Origin: Candidatus Hadarchaeales archaeon
Lineage (GTDB): Archaea; Hadarchaeota; Hadarchaeia; Hadarchaeales; JAWBSP01
NCBI GenBank assembly: GCA_038842485.1
Contig: JAWBSP010000011.1
Coordinates: 1 to 40,804, forward strand
Reading direction: 5' to 3'
DNA length: 40,804 nt
The notes below the pieces were generated by a model. The model was not told the origin of the DNA, did no database searches, and saw nothing but the letters and a program-made list of their open reading frames with translations. Positions 8,648 through 17,563 of this stretch are shown one piece after another; the first letter of the stretch is position 1; every line of letters begins with the position of its first letter. The translations under genes and the position numbers were made by a program.

Positions 8648-9528
8648 TGGAGCTGGAGTTTTTGGTGGTGGGTCACGTCGCCATCGATGTGAATGTCTTT
8701 CCTTGGGGTGTGGTCGAGAATGTTTTGGGGGGAGCACCCACCTATAGCGGGTTCTTTCTGGCCGGTTTGGGGAAACGGGTAGGTATCCTGTCCAAGGTAG
8801 GAATAGATTTCACAGAGCTCTTCCCGCCTATTTTCGGAAAGTTCGGCCTGGACACGGAGGGGCTGATAGTGGCGGGGGAGAGGTCCACCACCTTCCAAAA
8901 CACCTACGACGAGCACGGCAACCGCGTGCAGGTCTGCAAGCACTTGGCTCCCCCTCTAACGGTGGGGGACATCCCCTCCTACTATACCGGGTTTGAGGGC
9001 GTGTACATCTCCCCGCTCGGTCAGGAGGTTTCACCCGAGCTGCTTGCCGAGCTCAGAAAGAGGGCCAGGGTCCTGATGATGGATCCTCAAGGACTTTTTA
9101 GGAGGATAGGCGCCGATGGCAGGGTCAGGCTAGAAAGTTTCGATCGGCTGGCAGATTATCTCAAGTATGTGGACATCGCGAAAGTGGGGAAGGATGAGTT
9201 GGCAGCCTTTCCCGGCAAATCGCCCGCACAGGTGGCAGAAGAACTCAGGGCGGCGGGGGCTTCCGTGGCCGTCGTCACTCAGGGTGAGGGGGGCTGCATC
9301 GTTTCGGACGGGAAGGAGATAAGGAAGTTTCCCGCTCTCCAGGTGGAGGTTAGGGACCACACTGGAGCGGGGGACGTTTTTGGGGCTGCCTTCCTCTGCA
9401 GGTATGTGGAGACCCATGACGTCGTCCAGTCCGCCAAATTCGCCAATGCCGCCGCAGGTCTCAAGATAAGGTATAGAGGCGCTGTTGGTTTCCCCTCACT
9501 TGAAGAGATTCTCCGAGCCATCCGCTGA
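8647..9528 (+). CDS. PfkB/ribokinase-family carbohydrate kinase (candidate myo-inositol kinase)
   Basis: GHVAID, LGG, DPQG and DHTGAGDVF motifs; translationally coupled to ino1. Confidence 0.85.
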   Translation: MELEFLVVGHVAIDVNVFPWGVVENVLGGAPTYSGFFLAGLGKRVGILSKVGIDFTELFPPIFGKFGLDTEGLIVAGERSTTFQNTYDEHGNRVQVCKHLAPPLTVGDIPSYYTGFEGVYISPLGQEVSPELLAELRKRARVLMMDPQGLFRRIGADGRVRLESFDRLADYLKYVDIAKVGKDELAAFPGKSPAQVAEELRAAGASVAVVTQGEGGCIVSDGKEIRKFPALQVEVRDHTGAGDVFGAAFLCRYVETHDVVQSAKFANAAAGLKIRYRGAVGFPSLEEILRAIR

Positions 9529-10678
9529 GGGATTGCGCCGGGAAAGGGCACTTAGGCTCATTCTTTTACTGGGCGTCGTGAGCCTGCTTGGGGATATAGT
9601 GTACGAGGGATGCAGGGGCGTGGTGGGGCCCTATCTTGCCTTCCTAGGCGCGGGGGCATCCGCAATCGGTCTGCTCTCAGGACTGGGCGAATTTTTAGGG
9701 TTTGCTCTCCGTTTGCCCTTTGGCTCCCTCTCCGACCGCACCCGGAGTTACTGGGGCATGACCATTCTCGGCTACGGACTCCTGCTCTCGGTGCCTTTGT
9801 TGGTCTTGGCCGGAAACTGGTGGCTCGCGGCGGTTCTCCTTCTGGTTGAGCGGACGGGCAAGGCTTTGAGGTCACCCGCCAGGGACACCATCCTCTCTCA
9901 CGCCACCCTGCAGGTGGGGGCCGGCAGGGGTTTTGCCATCCACGAGCTTTTGGATCAGGTTGGGGCGATTGCCGGTCCTCTCCTCTTCTCCCTTCTCCTC
10001 CTGCGGTTGAACTACCGTGGGGCCTTCTCGGTGATGTTTTTCCCCTTCCTCCTCCTGATGTTTTTCCTGATCCTTGCCAGAAGAACCTTGCCCCAGCTGC
10101 CCATCGAGAGCGAGACCAAACCGGAAGCGACCAAACTTGAGGAAGCGACGAGCCTGCGGTGGTACAACCTTTTCGTCTTCTTCTCGGTGGCCGGTCTCCT
10201 TCCCTTCCCCCTCTTGGCTTACCACCTGAAGGTTGGCGGACTGGTGGCCGAGTCCTCCATCCCCCTAGTCTACTCCTTGGCCATGGGGGCGGATGCTCTC
10301 ATGGCATACCCAATAGGGGTGGCTTTTGACAGATGGGGCATGGTTTCCCTCTCGCTTGCATCCCTCTTTTCAGCGATGGTTCCCCTCGCCATGCTGCCGG
10401 GTTTCCCCAGCTTGCTCTTAGGGGCAGTTGCTCTTGGTTTCGCTATCAGTGCGCATGAGACTGTAATGAGAGCGGCCGTTGCGAAACTTTCCGCTTCCGG
10501 AAGGCGCGGGAGAGCATACGGGAGCTTTCAGAGTGTTTATGGGATTTCCCACTTGCTGGGGAACTCGATTTGCGGATTGCTGTATGAAAGAGGGAGATTC
10601 CTCCTGTCTCTGTACGTTCTTGTTATGGAGGCGCTCTCCCTGCTGGTTCTTGGAAAACTCACGCGACGGGAGGTCTGA
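9485..10678 (+). CDS. MFS transporter
   Basis: About 12 hydrophobic segments; GSLSDRT, ERTGKALRSPARD and RGRAYG motifs. Exact start uncertain. Confidence 0.9.
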   Translation: MVSPHLKRFSEPSAEGLRRERALRLILLLGVVSLLGDIVYEGCRGVVGPYLAFLGAGASAIGLLSGLGEFLGFALRLPFGSLSDRTRSYWGMTILGYGLLLSVPLLVLAGNWWLAAVLLLVERTGKALRSPARDTILSHATLQVGAGRGFAIHELLDQVGAIAGPLLFSLLLLRLNYRGAFSVMFFPFLLLMFFLILARRTLPQLPIESETKPEATKLEEATSLRWYNLFVFFSVAGLLPFPLLAYHLKVGGLVAESSIPLVYSLAMGADALMAYPIGVAFDRWGMVSLSLASLFSAMVPLAMLPGFPSLLLGAVALGFAISAHETVMRAAVAKLSASGRRGRAYGSFQSVYGISHLLGNSICGLLYERGRFLLSLYVLVMEALSLLVLGKLTRREV

Positions 10679-12572
10679 GCAGATTTTTCCTCGCTTCCCT
10701 CGCCCTCTGGCAGCAGGACAGGGGGAGATCCTGTATCTGCTGGAGGACCTCGGCGGACTGGAGCACAAGCCTTTGGAGGTCTCCCTCGTCCGCCCCGGAG
10801 CGCCCTACCAAGGACCACCAGCTCATTCCTTTAGCCCAAGCCTCAACGGTGGAGGCCCTCAGCTCTGGAGGGGTCCACCTCCCGTTCCCCCAGAACTCGA
10901 AAAGAAGGGGGGAGTACTCAAGCCTCCATCGACGTTCTATCTTGGCTATACGCCTCGCCACGGTGAAGAGCTCCCCCAGCTCGACCCTCTCCACCATCCT
11001 TCTAGGAGGCTTTTCCCCGGAGAGTGCGGCGGCCCAGCCACAAAGCTCCTCCACCGAGAGGTCGTCGAGCAGTTCGCTCCGGATGCTCTCGGTGATGAAA
11101 AGGGAATTCACGTGTCTCACTTCTTTGGCCCAGCTCCCAGTCTCCGTGAGTTCCCAGTTCTCATCGAGGTACCCCAGCTCGGAAAGCACTTCGACCCTCC
11201 TCCTGAACTCGCTCTCCAGCTCCCTCCTCGCCTTCTTCTCACCCCGCTGGCCGGATTCGGCTCTCTGGTACACCAGGAGGGTTTTGCCGAGCAGTTCCAG
11301 CGCCCCCCAGTACCCGTACCTATTCAGGAGATTTAGTATCTGATAGTACTGGATTCTGAAGGCAGACCGCAGCCCCTCCGGCTCGCTTGCAGAAAGCCTG
11401 CGTGCCAGAGAGAGCCCTCTTCCACCCGAAAGCGAGAGAAGCGCGAAACCGATCCTGTCCTTCCCCCTCCTCCCCGCTCTTCCTATCATTTGGTGAAATT
11501 CAAGGGTTGTTAGGGGCTCAAGTTCGCCCATGAGGGTTCGCTCAGGAAGCACCACCGTTCTGGCAGGGACATCAAGGCCGGCGGCGAGGGTGGAGGTTGA
11601 AAAGACGGCTCTCAGCAGCCCTGAGGAGAGCATTCGTTCAACCGCTATTTTCCAAGCCGTGAGGTGGCCGGCATGGTGGGAGGCAACCCCAGCCGAAAGG
11701 AGAATTCCGGTGAGGGGATGCGAGCGCAGTGAGGGGTACTCCGAAGCAATTCTTGCGAAGAATTTCTCCCTCTCCTCCCTCCCCCCAGCCACGATTCCCC
11801 TGAACATCCAAGCACTCCTATCGCAGTCCCTTCTGCGGGAGAGGAAGAAGATTGCGGGAAGGAGGGAGCGCCTCTCGAGAAGTTGAACCATCCTCACCGG
11901 ATCAAACCTCCCGAAAATCGGGCCGTGGGAGAAGTGGAGCGGCAGTACGTAACCCTGGGGGGTGAGGATTCCAGTTCGTAGCGGAACGGGTCTCTCCTCG
12001 CACTTCACGAGCTGGGGGGCCTCTCCCCTCACCCTCGCCATCCAGCCGCGGATGTCCTCTGGGTTGGAGATGGTGGCTGAAAGGAGAAGGAACTGGACGG
12101 ACCTCGGCGCGAGGATGATCACCTCCTCCCAAGTCACCCCGCGCTCCGGATCCGAGATGTAGTGGGCCTCATCCAGAACCACGAGGGAGGGCTCTTCATG
12201 ACCCGAGTACAGGTGGTTCCTGAAAATCTCGGTGGTTGCCACGACTAGGGGTGCCGAAGGGTTCACCCTTCTCTCTCCGGTCAGCAGGCCAACTTTATCC
12301 TCGCCGAAGAGTTCCCGGAAAAAGTCAAACTTCTGGTTGGAGAGGGCCTTCAGGGGAGTGGTGTACCAGCATCTCCTCCCCTTTTCCAGATACTCCCTTA
12401 TTATCTCCTGCGCGATCCAGGTCTTCCCGCTCCCGGTTGGGGCTACCACCAGCACATCCCTGCCTTCCCTCAGGTGGCGCAGGGCTTCAAGCTGGAAGGG
12501 GGAGGGCCTGAATTCCTCCTCGACCTCGCCCATTCCCCTCAGGAAGGCCTGCGTGATTTCTTCTAGCTCCAT
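10659..12572 (-). CDS. Ski2/HelY-like SF2 DEAH-box RNA helicase with DSHCT-like C-terminus
   Basis: APTGSGKT, PLKALSNQK, TTEIFRN, DEAH, LSAT, HHAG and QMIGRAGRRG motifs; C-terminal EGDLQR. Confidence 0.92.
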   Translation of the reverse strand: MELEEITQAFLRGMGEVEEEFRPSPFQLEALRHLREGRDVLVVAPTGSGKTWIAQEIIREYLEKGRRCWYTTPLKALSNQKFDFFRELFGEDKVGLLTGERRVNPSAPLVVATTEIFRNHLYSGHEEPSLVVLDEAHYISDPERGVTWEEVIILAPRSVQFLLLSATISNPEDIRGWMARVRGEAPQLVKCEERPVPLRTGILTPQGYVLPLHFSHGPIFGRFDPVRMVQLLERRSLLPAIFFLSRRRDCDRSAWMFRGIVAGGREEREKFFARIASEYPSLRSHPLTGILLSAGVASHHAGHLTAWKIAVERMLSSGLLRAVFSTSTLAAGLDVPARTVVLPERTLMGELEPLTTLEFHQMIGRAGRRGKDRIGFALLSLSGGRGLSLARRLSASEPEGLRSAFRIQYYQILNLLNRYGYWGALELLGKTLLVYQRAESGQRGEKKARRELESEFRRRVEVLSELGYLDENWELTETGSWAKEVRHVNSLFITESIRSELLDDLSVEELCGWAAALSGEKPPRRMVERVELGELFTVARRIAKIERRWRLEYSPLLFEFWGNGRWTPPELRASTVEAWAKGMSWWSLVGRSGADEGDLQRLVLQSAEVLQQIQDLPLSCCQRAREARKNLLRPPVA

Positions 12573-12771
12573 CCTAACTGTTCACCTTTCTGCAAATCGG
12601 GCTCTAATTTGCTTCCAGATGCTCTCTTCAGAAATCCGTGAAGTTCCCGCATCAAGTGTCGCTCTGGGGGCTCCCGAATCGAACGTGAGTTTTCCTGACC
12701 ACCACACTCTATCGCCGCCCGGAGGGGATCATAGGGGAGGTGAAGAAATCCTAGAGAAACTAGTCTTGGGT

Positions 12772-13270
12772 TCAGAGGTAGCCCGTGTTCCCCTCCCAGA
12801 AGCGGTAGGAATTGTCGCTGAGCGTCAGGTGGACTTTCACGTAGTATTGCTGCCCCCTCTGCGGGTGGCTCCCGTTCGGAAGGGTCCACTTCGCCATGTC
12901 TTCCCTCAGCACGAGCTTGTGGTTCTCCGGAGGAGGGATAACCGCCAAAGTGGGTCTCGATGACGTTGTCCTGGAATCCTATACCATCTCCATAGTTTAT
13001 GCCTACTGACCAAGCCGTGACCCCGCGGCCGCCACTGGTGATCTCCACCACTACCGCGAAGTCGTTGGGTAAACGTTTCCCATGAAATCGACCCAGTCGT
13101 CGAAGTACACCCTGTCTATGGCGAAGTAATCGGAGGAGACCTGAAGGTGGTCCCTCTCCTCCCTGTTCTCCCTCCCTCTCCCGGTGGAAGACAAGGGCAA
13201 AGGAGGAGGTAGCTATCACCACCAGCAGAACCAAGATGCCCCCCAGTACTTCATCCTCAAATTTCCCCAT
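12772..13270 (-). pseudogene. Frameshifted secreted/membrane-anchored protein gene
   Basis: Starts with an N-terminal TM helix. Protein-like segments alternate between two frames (DHLQVSSDYFAIDRVYFDDWVDF; NDFAVVVEITS; GQQYYVKVHLTLSDNSYRFWEGNTGYL*). Confidence 0.5.
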
Positions 13271-13405
13271 TTCTTTAAGCTTGACGGAAGGGAAGAGATG
13301 ACCGGCAGAAGGTGAGGGGCTTGATGTCGGAGGATTTCCACCGGGGAGGAGCTCATGGCCTTCTGGAGGCTCCTCTCCTAGATACTCCTATCATCTCCCG
13401 CAATC

Positions 13406-13423
13406 GTGGCGAACGTTCGCCAC
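13406..13423. repeat. Dispersed copy of the array palindrome (GTGGCGAACGTTCGCCAC, 18-bp perfect palindrome)
   Basis: Shares the 12-bp core GCGAACGTTCGC with the 4690-5328 array. Confidence 0.8.
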
Positions 13424-13556
13424 CCCTCCCCTGGGTTTTGAGCGAGCCCTTGTAAGAAGGTGAGTTCGAGCAAGTACACATACATGCCAGCACCTAGCAG
13501 TCGGGTAAATCGTACCAGTGACTGTTTCTTAAACAGTCGGAAAGCTAAAAATGTGT

Positions 13557-13631
13557 GGGCCCGTAGCTTAGCCAGGTTAGAGCGCTCGGCTGATAACCGG
13601 GAGGTCGAGGGTTCAAATCCCTCCGGGCCCA
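13557..13631 (+). tRNA. tRNA-Ile (GAT)
   Basis: Acceptor stem GGGCCCG/CGGGCCC plus discriminator A; anticodon arm CTCGG-CTGATAA-CCGGG; T-loop GTTCAAATC; no intron; CCA not fully encoded. Confidence 0.97.
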
Positions 13632-13861
13632 CCCGTGTGATAACTAAAAGTAGAGGATTAGATGATTCAAGACCCGTGGCTTGATAACGTCAGAAACGCC
13701 AGAACTCGAGAGTGTTTTCAACGGTCAAACCTGCGTTGGGAGGGGGACCAAGCACGGTTTGGTTCTGAAGGTGGTTCATGTGCACACCATAGGTTAAAAG
13801 GTTAGGTAGGGCTTCTCTCAGGATTCCTGTACCATGGACATCATCAACTTGGTCTGAAATT

Positions 13862-14884
13862 CTAGTCCAAAACCGCCTTTTTCAGCACGGGATCGGGCAC
13901 AATGTATACGCGGCCCCTTTTTTCTATGAACATAGACGCTATCAAGACATCCAAGATATCGGAAACCCTCTTGTTGTTGAACTCTCCAAATTTTCTTTCC
14001 AGCGCTCTCTTGATTTCACCCCATCTCGCCCCCATTGCAGCGCTCCTCAAAACTGTCATGTAAGCCTCTTTGTTTCTGCCTTTCAAGAAATTCTTCAATT
14101 CTTCGTTCACAACTTTCTTCCCCTCCCTCACAACTTCCTCCAAAGCTGTTTCCCGGCTTATTTTCCTGATACACCTGAAATTTCCGTAGTACGTGAGCCA
14201 CCCAACGTAGCCATCGAGCATGCCAACGACTTCCTCTAATTCGTCTTCCTCGATGCGGGTTCCGAGTTCTTTAAATCCACTCCTCAAAAAATTCATCGAA
14301 ACTTCTTCTGGGAACGGGGCTAACTCTATTCTTGCGGGCTTTCGTCCATACATCGGTGAGGAGACCTTTGGCTGAAGCAGGGTGCGCATGAGGCCGAACA
14401 TAGAACCGGTGAAAATGAATCTTACCTTGGGGTAGGTGTCATGGATCATTTTCAGCATCTTGAGGAACTGTCCAGAAACTCGGTATAACTCTTGGACTTC
14501 GTCTAAGACTATTATCACATCTTTTTTCATGCTTTTGAGTTGGGAAAAAATTCCTTCCACAAGCCTCAAGGATTTGGTAACCTCCACAAAAGGAAGCTTT
14601 AACGAGATCTCTTGTGAAGTAACTTTATAACTTAGAGATTCGGAAAGTTTTGCCACGAAGTCTCGAATGCCTTTGGCACCCAGAAGGTTGACGTACAAAG
14701 CTATCACGTTACCTCGACGGGATTTCTCGGCCACAAAGGTTTTCACGAGACTGGTCTTACCTGTCATCCTGGCGCCGACTATTGCGACCCACTCGCTTGC
14801 AACCAATCTTTCCAGTTCTTGAAGTTCTTTCTCTCGGCCAAACAGGTCCTTTCGGTTTTCTTTGGGCCTTAGGTCGAAAAGCAT
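13862..14884 (-). CDS. Archaeal AAA+ ATPase (COG1672-like) with C-terminal winged-helix
   Basis: MLFDLRPK..DLFGRE, Walker A GARMTGKTS, Walker B VLDEVQ, FTGS, YGR and DGYVGWL motifs; visibly AT-richer than its neighbours. Confidence 0.9.
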   Translation of the reverse strand: MLFDLRPKENRKDLFGREKELQELERLVASEWVAIVGARMTGKTSLVKTFVAEKSRRGNVIALYVNLLGAKGIRDFVAKLSESLSYKVTSQEISLKLPFVEVTKSLRLVEGIFSQLKSMKKDVIIVLDEVQELYRVSGQFLKMLKMIHDTYPKVRFIFTGSMFGLMRTLLQPKVSSPMYGRKPARIELAPFPEEVSMNFLRSGFKELGTRIEEDELEEVVGMLDGYVGWLTYYGNFRCIRKISRETALEEVVREGKKVVNEELKNFLKGRNKEAYMTVLRSAAMGARWGEIKRALERKFGEFNNKRVSDILDVLIASMFIEKRGRVYIVPDPVLKKAVLD

Positions 14885-14885
14885 G

Positions 14886-14915
14886 GTTACACCTGTAACT
14901 AGTTACATATGTAAC
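14886..14915. promoter_or_regulatory. Tandem palindromic operator GTTACAnnTGTAAC x2 abutting the ATPase start codon
   Basis: GTTACACCTGTAAC-TA-GTTACATATGTAAC lies between a minus-strand TTTTTAAG box and the ATG. Confidence 0.6.
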
Positions 14916-15011
14916 TTAAAAATGTATGTCACCGTTCGCGAACTACCCTTTTCGAGATTGTGGTGTAAAACCTGACTTTTTACGCTCATAACGGGAACCC
15001 ACGAGAAATTG

Positions 15012-15926
15012 ATGTTCATCATCTTGGCCTCGACCTTAGACCCGGCGGCGGTAAACATCACAGAGCACCTGCGGGAATGCTTTGGTCTCTGCCCAAATCG
15101 GGAGGAGGTGCTGGGTGGCAAGAGGGTGCTTCTGTTGCCTCTGGAAACTGAGGTGGTATCTCTCTCCAAACTCCCTCAAGAGGCGGAGGAAATCCTTGTG
15201 GCCTCGAGACACGCGAGCGAAACGGGAAGACCTTCTCTAACCGTGCACGTCCCGGGTCAACTGGAGGAGGGAGCGCTTGCGATGGCATCCCCCTGTACCG
15301 TGAAGAAGGCTCTCCTTGCCCTGAACAGGTTGGCCGGGGAGGAAAAACTGAACTTTCAAGTCTCACTTGAGGCAACCCATCACGGCCCAACCCATCCGGA
15401 GGTACCCGTGACTTTTGTAGAGATAGGTGGATCCGAGGAGTATTGGAGGAATAAAAAAGCGGGAGAGGTTGTGGCCGCGGCAATGGTGGAAGCGGTTGGG
15501 GGGATGAGCGGAAGGCTGGCGGTGGGTGTTGGGGGCCCACACTATGCACCTAGGCACACGGAAGTCTCGCTGAAGACCGATGTTGCCATAGGCCATATCT
15601 TGCCACGGTATGCCCCCCTGAGTTCACAGTTGGTGGAGCTGGCGGTGAAAAGAACGAAGGGTAAAGTGGAGCTACTGGCTGCTGACTGGAAAGGCCTCAG
15701 CTCCTCCCAAAGGGAAGTGGTAAAGGAGGCCTCCCGACAGCTGGGGGTTGAGCTGGTGAAGGAAAGCGAGCTCTTGCGTGAATTTATAACGGGGGGCGAA
15801 ACGGGTGATGGCGCCAGAGGAAAGGAAGCCGGGGCTGATTCCAGAAGAGGTGGTTCCCACTCCTCCCGGGAAACTCACCTTTACCGAGGAGGAGCTGAGG
15901 GAGATTCTAGCCAAGGCCCAGGCTAG
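15012..15926 (+). CDS. dtdA: D-aminoacyl-tRNA deacylase (archaeal DTD2)
   Basis: SRHAS, LTVHVPG, EATHHGPT, FVEIG and GGPHYAP motifs; sits upstream of ftsZ; C-terminus overlaps ftsZ. Confidence 0.92.
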   Translation: MFIILASTLDPAAVNITEHLRECFGLCPNREEVLGGKRVLLLPLETEVVSLSKLPQEAEEILVASRHASETGRPSLTVHVPGQLEEGALAMASPCTVKKALLALNRLAGEEKLNFQVSLEATHHGPTHPEVPVTFVEIGGSEEYWRNKKAGEVVAAAMVEAVGGMSGRLAVGVGGPHYAPRHTEVSLKTDVAIGHILPRYAPLSSQLVELAVKRTKGKVELLAADWKGLSSSQREVVKEASRQLGVELVKESELLREFITGGETGDGARGKEAGADSRRGGSHSSRETHLYRGGAEGDSSQGPG

Positions 15927-16902
15927 AATAAAGATCATAGGGGTGGGCGGAGCTGGCTGCAACACCATAGCCAGAATGACGGAGGTGGGGATAACTGGGG
16001 CCGAAACCATTGCCGTCAACACCGATGCCCAGGATCTGCTCTACACCTCCGCGGATCGCAAGATTCTGATAGGGAAGACCGTTACCGGCGGTCTGGGGGC
16101 AGGGAACGATCCGGAGAAGGGCAGGAAGGCGGCGGAGGAGGATCAGGAGCTCCTCAAGAACGCCGTCTACGGTGCCCACATGGTTTTCATAACCTGTGGT
16201 TTGGGTGGCGGCACGGGGACGGGAGCGGCCCCCGTCATAGCCGAACTCAGCAGGAGGATGGGAATCCTGACCTCGGCGGTGGTTACCCTCCCCTTCACCG
16301 TGGAGGGAAAGCGCAGGAGGGAGAATGCTATGAGGGGCCTCGAGGAGCTGAAGCAGGGAGCGGACTCCATCGTGGTAATCCCGAACGACAGGCTTCTCCA
16401 GATCTCCCCGGATCTCTCCATAAGCGAGGCTTTTCAGAAATGTGACATCATCCTGACCAACGCCGTCAAGGGGATAACGGAGTCCATAACCAAGCCGGGT
16501 CTGATAAACATCGACTTCGCGGATGTCAAGGCGGTCCTCTCTAATGCGGGAATTTCGGCTATTTGCGTGGCCGAATCTGACGCGGAAAACAGGGACGAGG
16601 ATGTGGTAAACCAGGCCATCAACAACCCCCTTTTGGACGTGGACGTGAGCAACGCCAAGGGGGCATTGCTGAACCTGATAGCCTCCAACATCACCATCAA
16701 GGAGGCACAGAACATCGTTTCCAAGTTCCAGGAGCTTCTTAACCCCGAGGCCCAGCTCATTTGGGGGGCACAGCACTCAAGCGAGATGAAAAATGCCATT
16801 AGGCTGGTCGCTCTGCTCGCCGGTGTTTACTCTCCTCATGCGGTTCCCGAGAGGAAGAGGCCCAAGCCCGGCGAGATAGACCTGGGGATCAAGTACGTGT
16901 AA
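15808..16902 (+). CDS. ftsZ: Cell division protein FtsZ
   Basis: GVGGAGCN, NTDAQDL, GLGGGTGTG and INIDFADV motifs. Confidence 0.98.
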   Translation: MAPEERKPGLIPEEVVPTPPGKLTFTEEELREILAKAQARIKIIGVGGAGCNTIARMTEVGITGAETIAVNTDAQDLLYTSADRKILIGKTVTGGLGAGNDPEKGRKAAEEDQELLKNAVYGAHMVFITCGLGGGTGTGAAPVIAELSRRMGILTSAVVTLPFTVEGKRRRENAMRGLEELKQGADSIVVIPNDRLLQISPDLSISEAFQKCDIILTNAVKGITESITKPGLINIDFADVKAVLSNAGISAICVAESDAENRDEDVVNQAINNPLLDVDVSNAKGALLNLIASNITIKEAQNIVSKFQELLNPEAQLIWGAQHSSEMKNAIRLVALLAGVYSPHAVPERKRPKPGEIDLGIKYV

Positions 16903-16903
16903 A

Positions 16904-17071
16904 ATGGGAAGGGTAACCTCAAGCATCAAGAGGGTCCTGCTGGTGGCTAGGAGGCCAACCCCACAAGAGTTTAGGGAATCCGTCAAGATTTCTGGGCTTA
17001 TCATCCTCCTAGTCGGTGCAGTGGCCTTCCTCTTCAAGATTTTAGGATCCATACTGGCCGGAGTGGTGTAG
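16904..17071 (+). CDS. secE: Protein translocase Sec61 gamma / SecE subunit (55 aa, missing from the ORF track)
   Basis: Manual translation MGRVTSSIKRVLLVARRPTPQEFRESVKISGLIILLVGAVAFLFKILGSILAGVV*; lies between ftsZ and spt5. Confidence 0.93.
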   Translation: MGRVTSSIKRVLLVARRPTPQEFRESVKISGLIILLVGAVAFLFKILGSILAGVV

Positions 17072-17563
17072 ATGGAGGAGGGTACCGGAAAGAAGAGACC
17101 TTTCCTCTTCGTTCTCAAGACCACCATAGGGCAGGAAATCCCGACCGCTGGTCTCATCATGACTAGGGCCAGAAAGCTGGGGCTTCCCATCTCTGCTGTG
17201 CTCGTACCCCCGGGTCTCAGGGGGTATGTCTTCATAGAGGCGGTTGGCGAGACGCAGGCCGAAGGAAGGACGGTGGCGGAGAAGGTCAAGATGGGAATCA
17301 AGCACTCCAACGAAATCCTCAGAGAGCCACTCCCCTTCTCCGAGATTGAAACTTTCCTGACTCCCAAATCACCCGTGGCGGGCATGGAGGCCGGGGATGT
17401 GGTGGAGATCATAGCTGGACCTTTCAAGGGGGAGAGGGCGAGGATTTCAAAGGTTGATGTGGAGAGAGAGGAAGTGACCGTCGAGCTATTGGAGGCCACC
17501 GTACCCATCCCGTTGACCCTCTCGGCGGGTTGGGTTAAAATTGCCCAGAAGAAAGCGGAGTAA
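17072..17563 (+). CDS. spt5: Transcription elongation factor Spt5 (NusG)
   Basis: TTIGQE, LRGYVFIEA and KOW motif GDVVEIIAGPFKGE. Confidence 0.96.
   Translation: MEEGTGKKRPFLFVLKTTIGQEIPTAGLIMTRARKLGLPISAVLVPPGLRGYVFIEAVGETQAEGRTVAEKVKMGIKHSNEILREPLPFSEIETFLTPKSPVAGMEAGDVVEIIAGPFKGERARISKVDVEREEVTVELLEATVPIPLTLSAGWVKIAQKKAE

Noticed and set aside
13600-15010. Integrated element at tRNA-Ile
   Set aside because: I could not find a duplicated tRNA 3' end (att site) or an integrase; only a short ACCCGTG..TGATAAC repeat is present.
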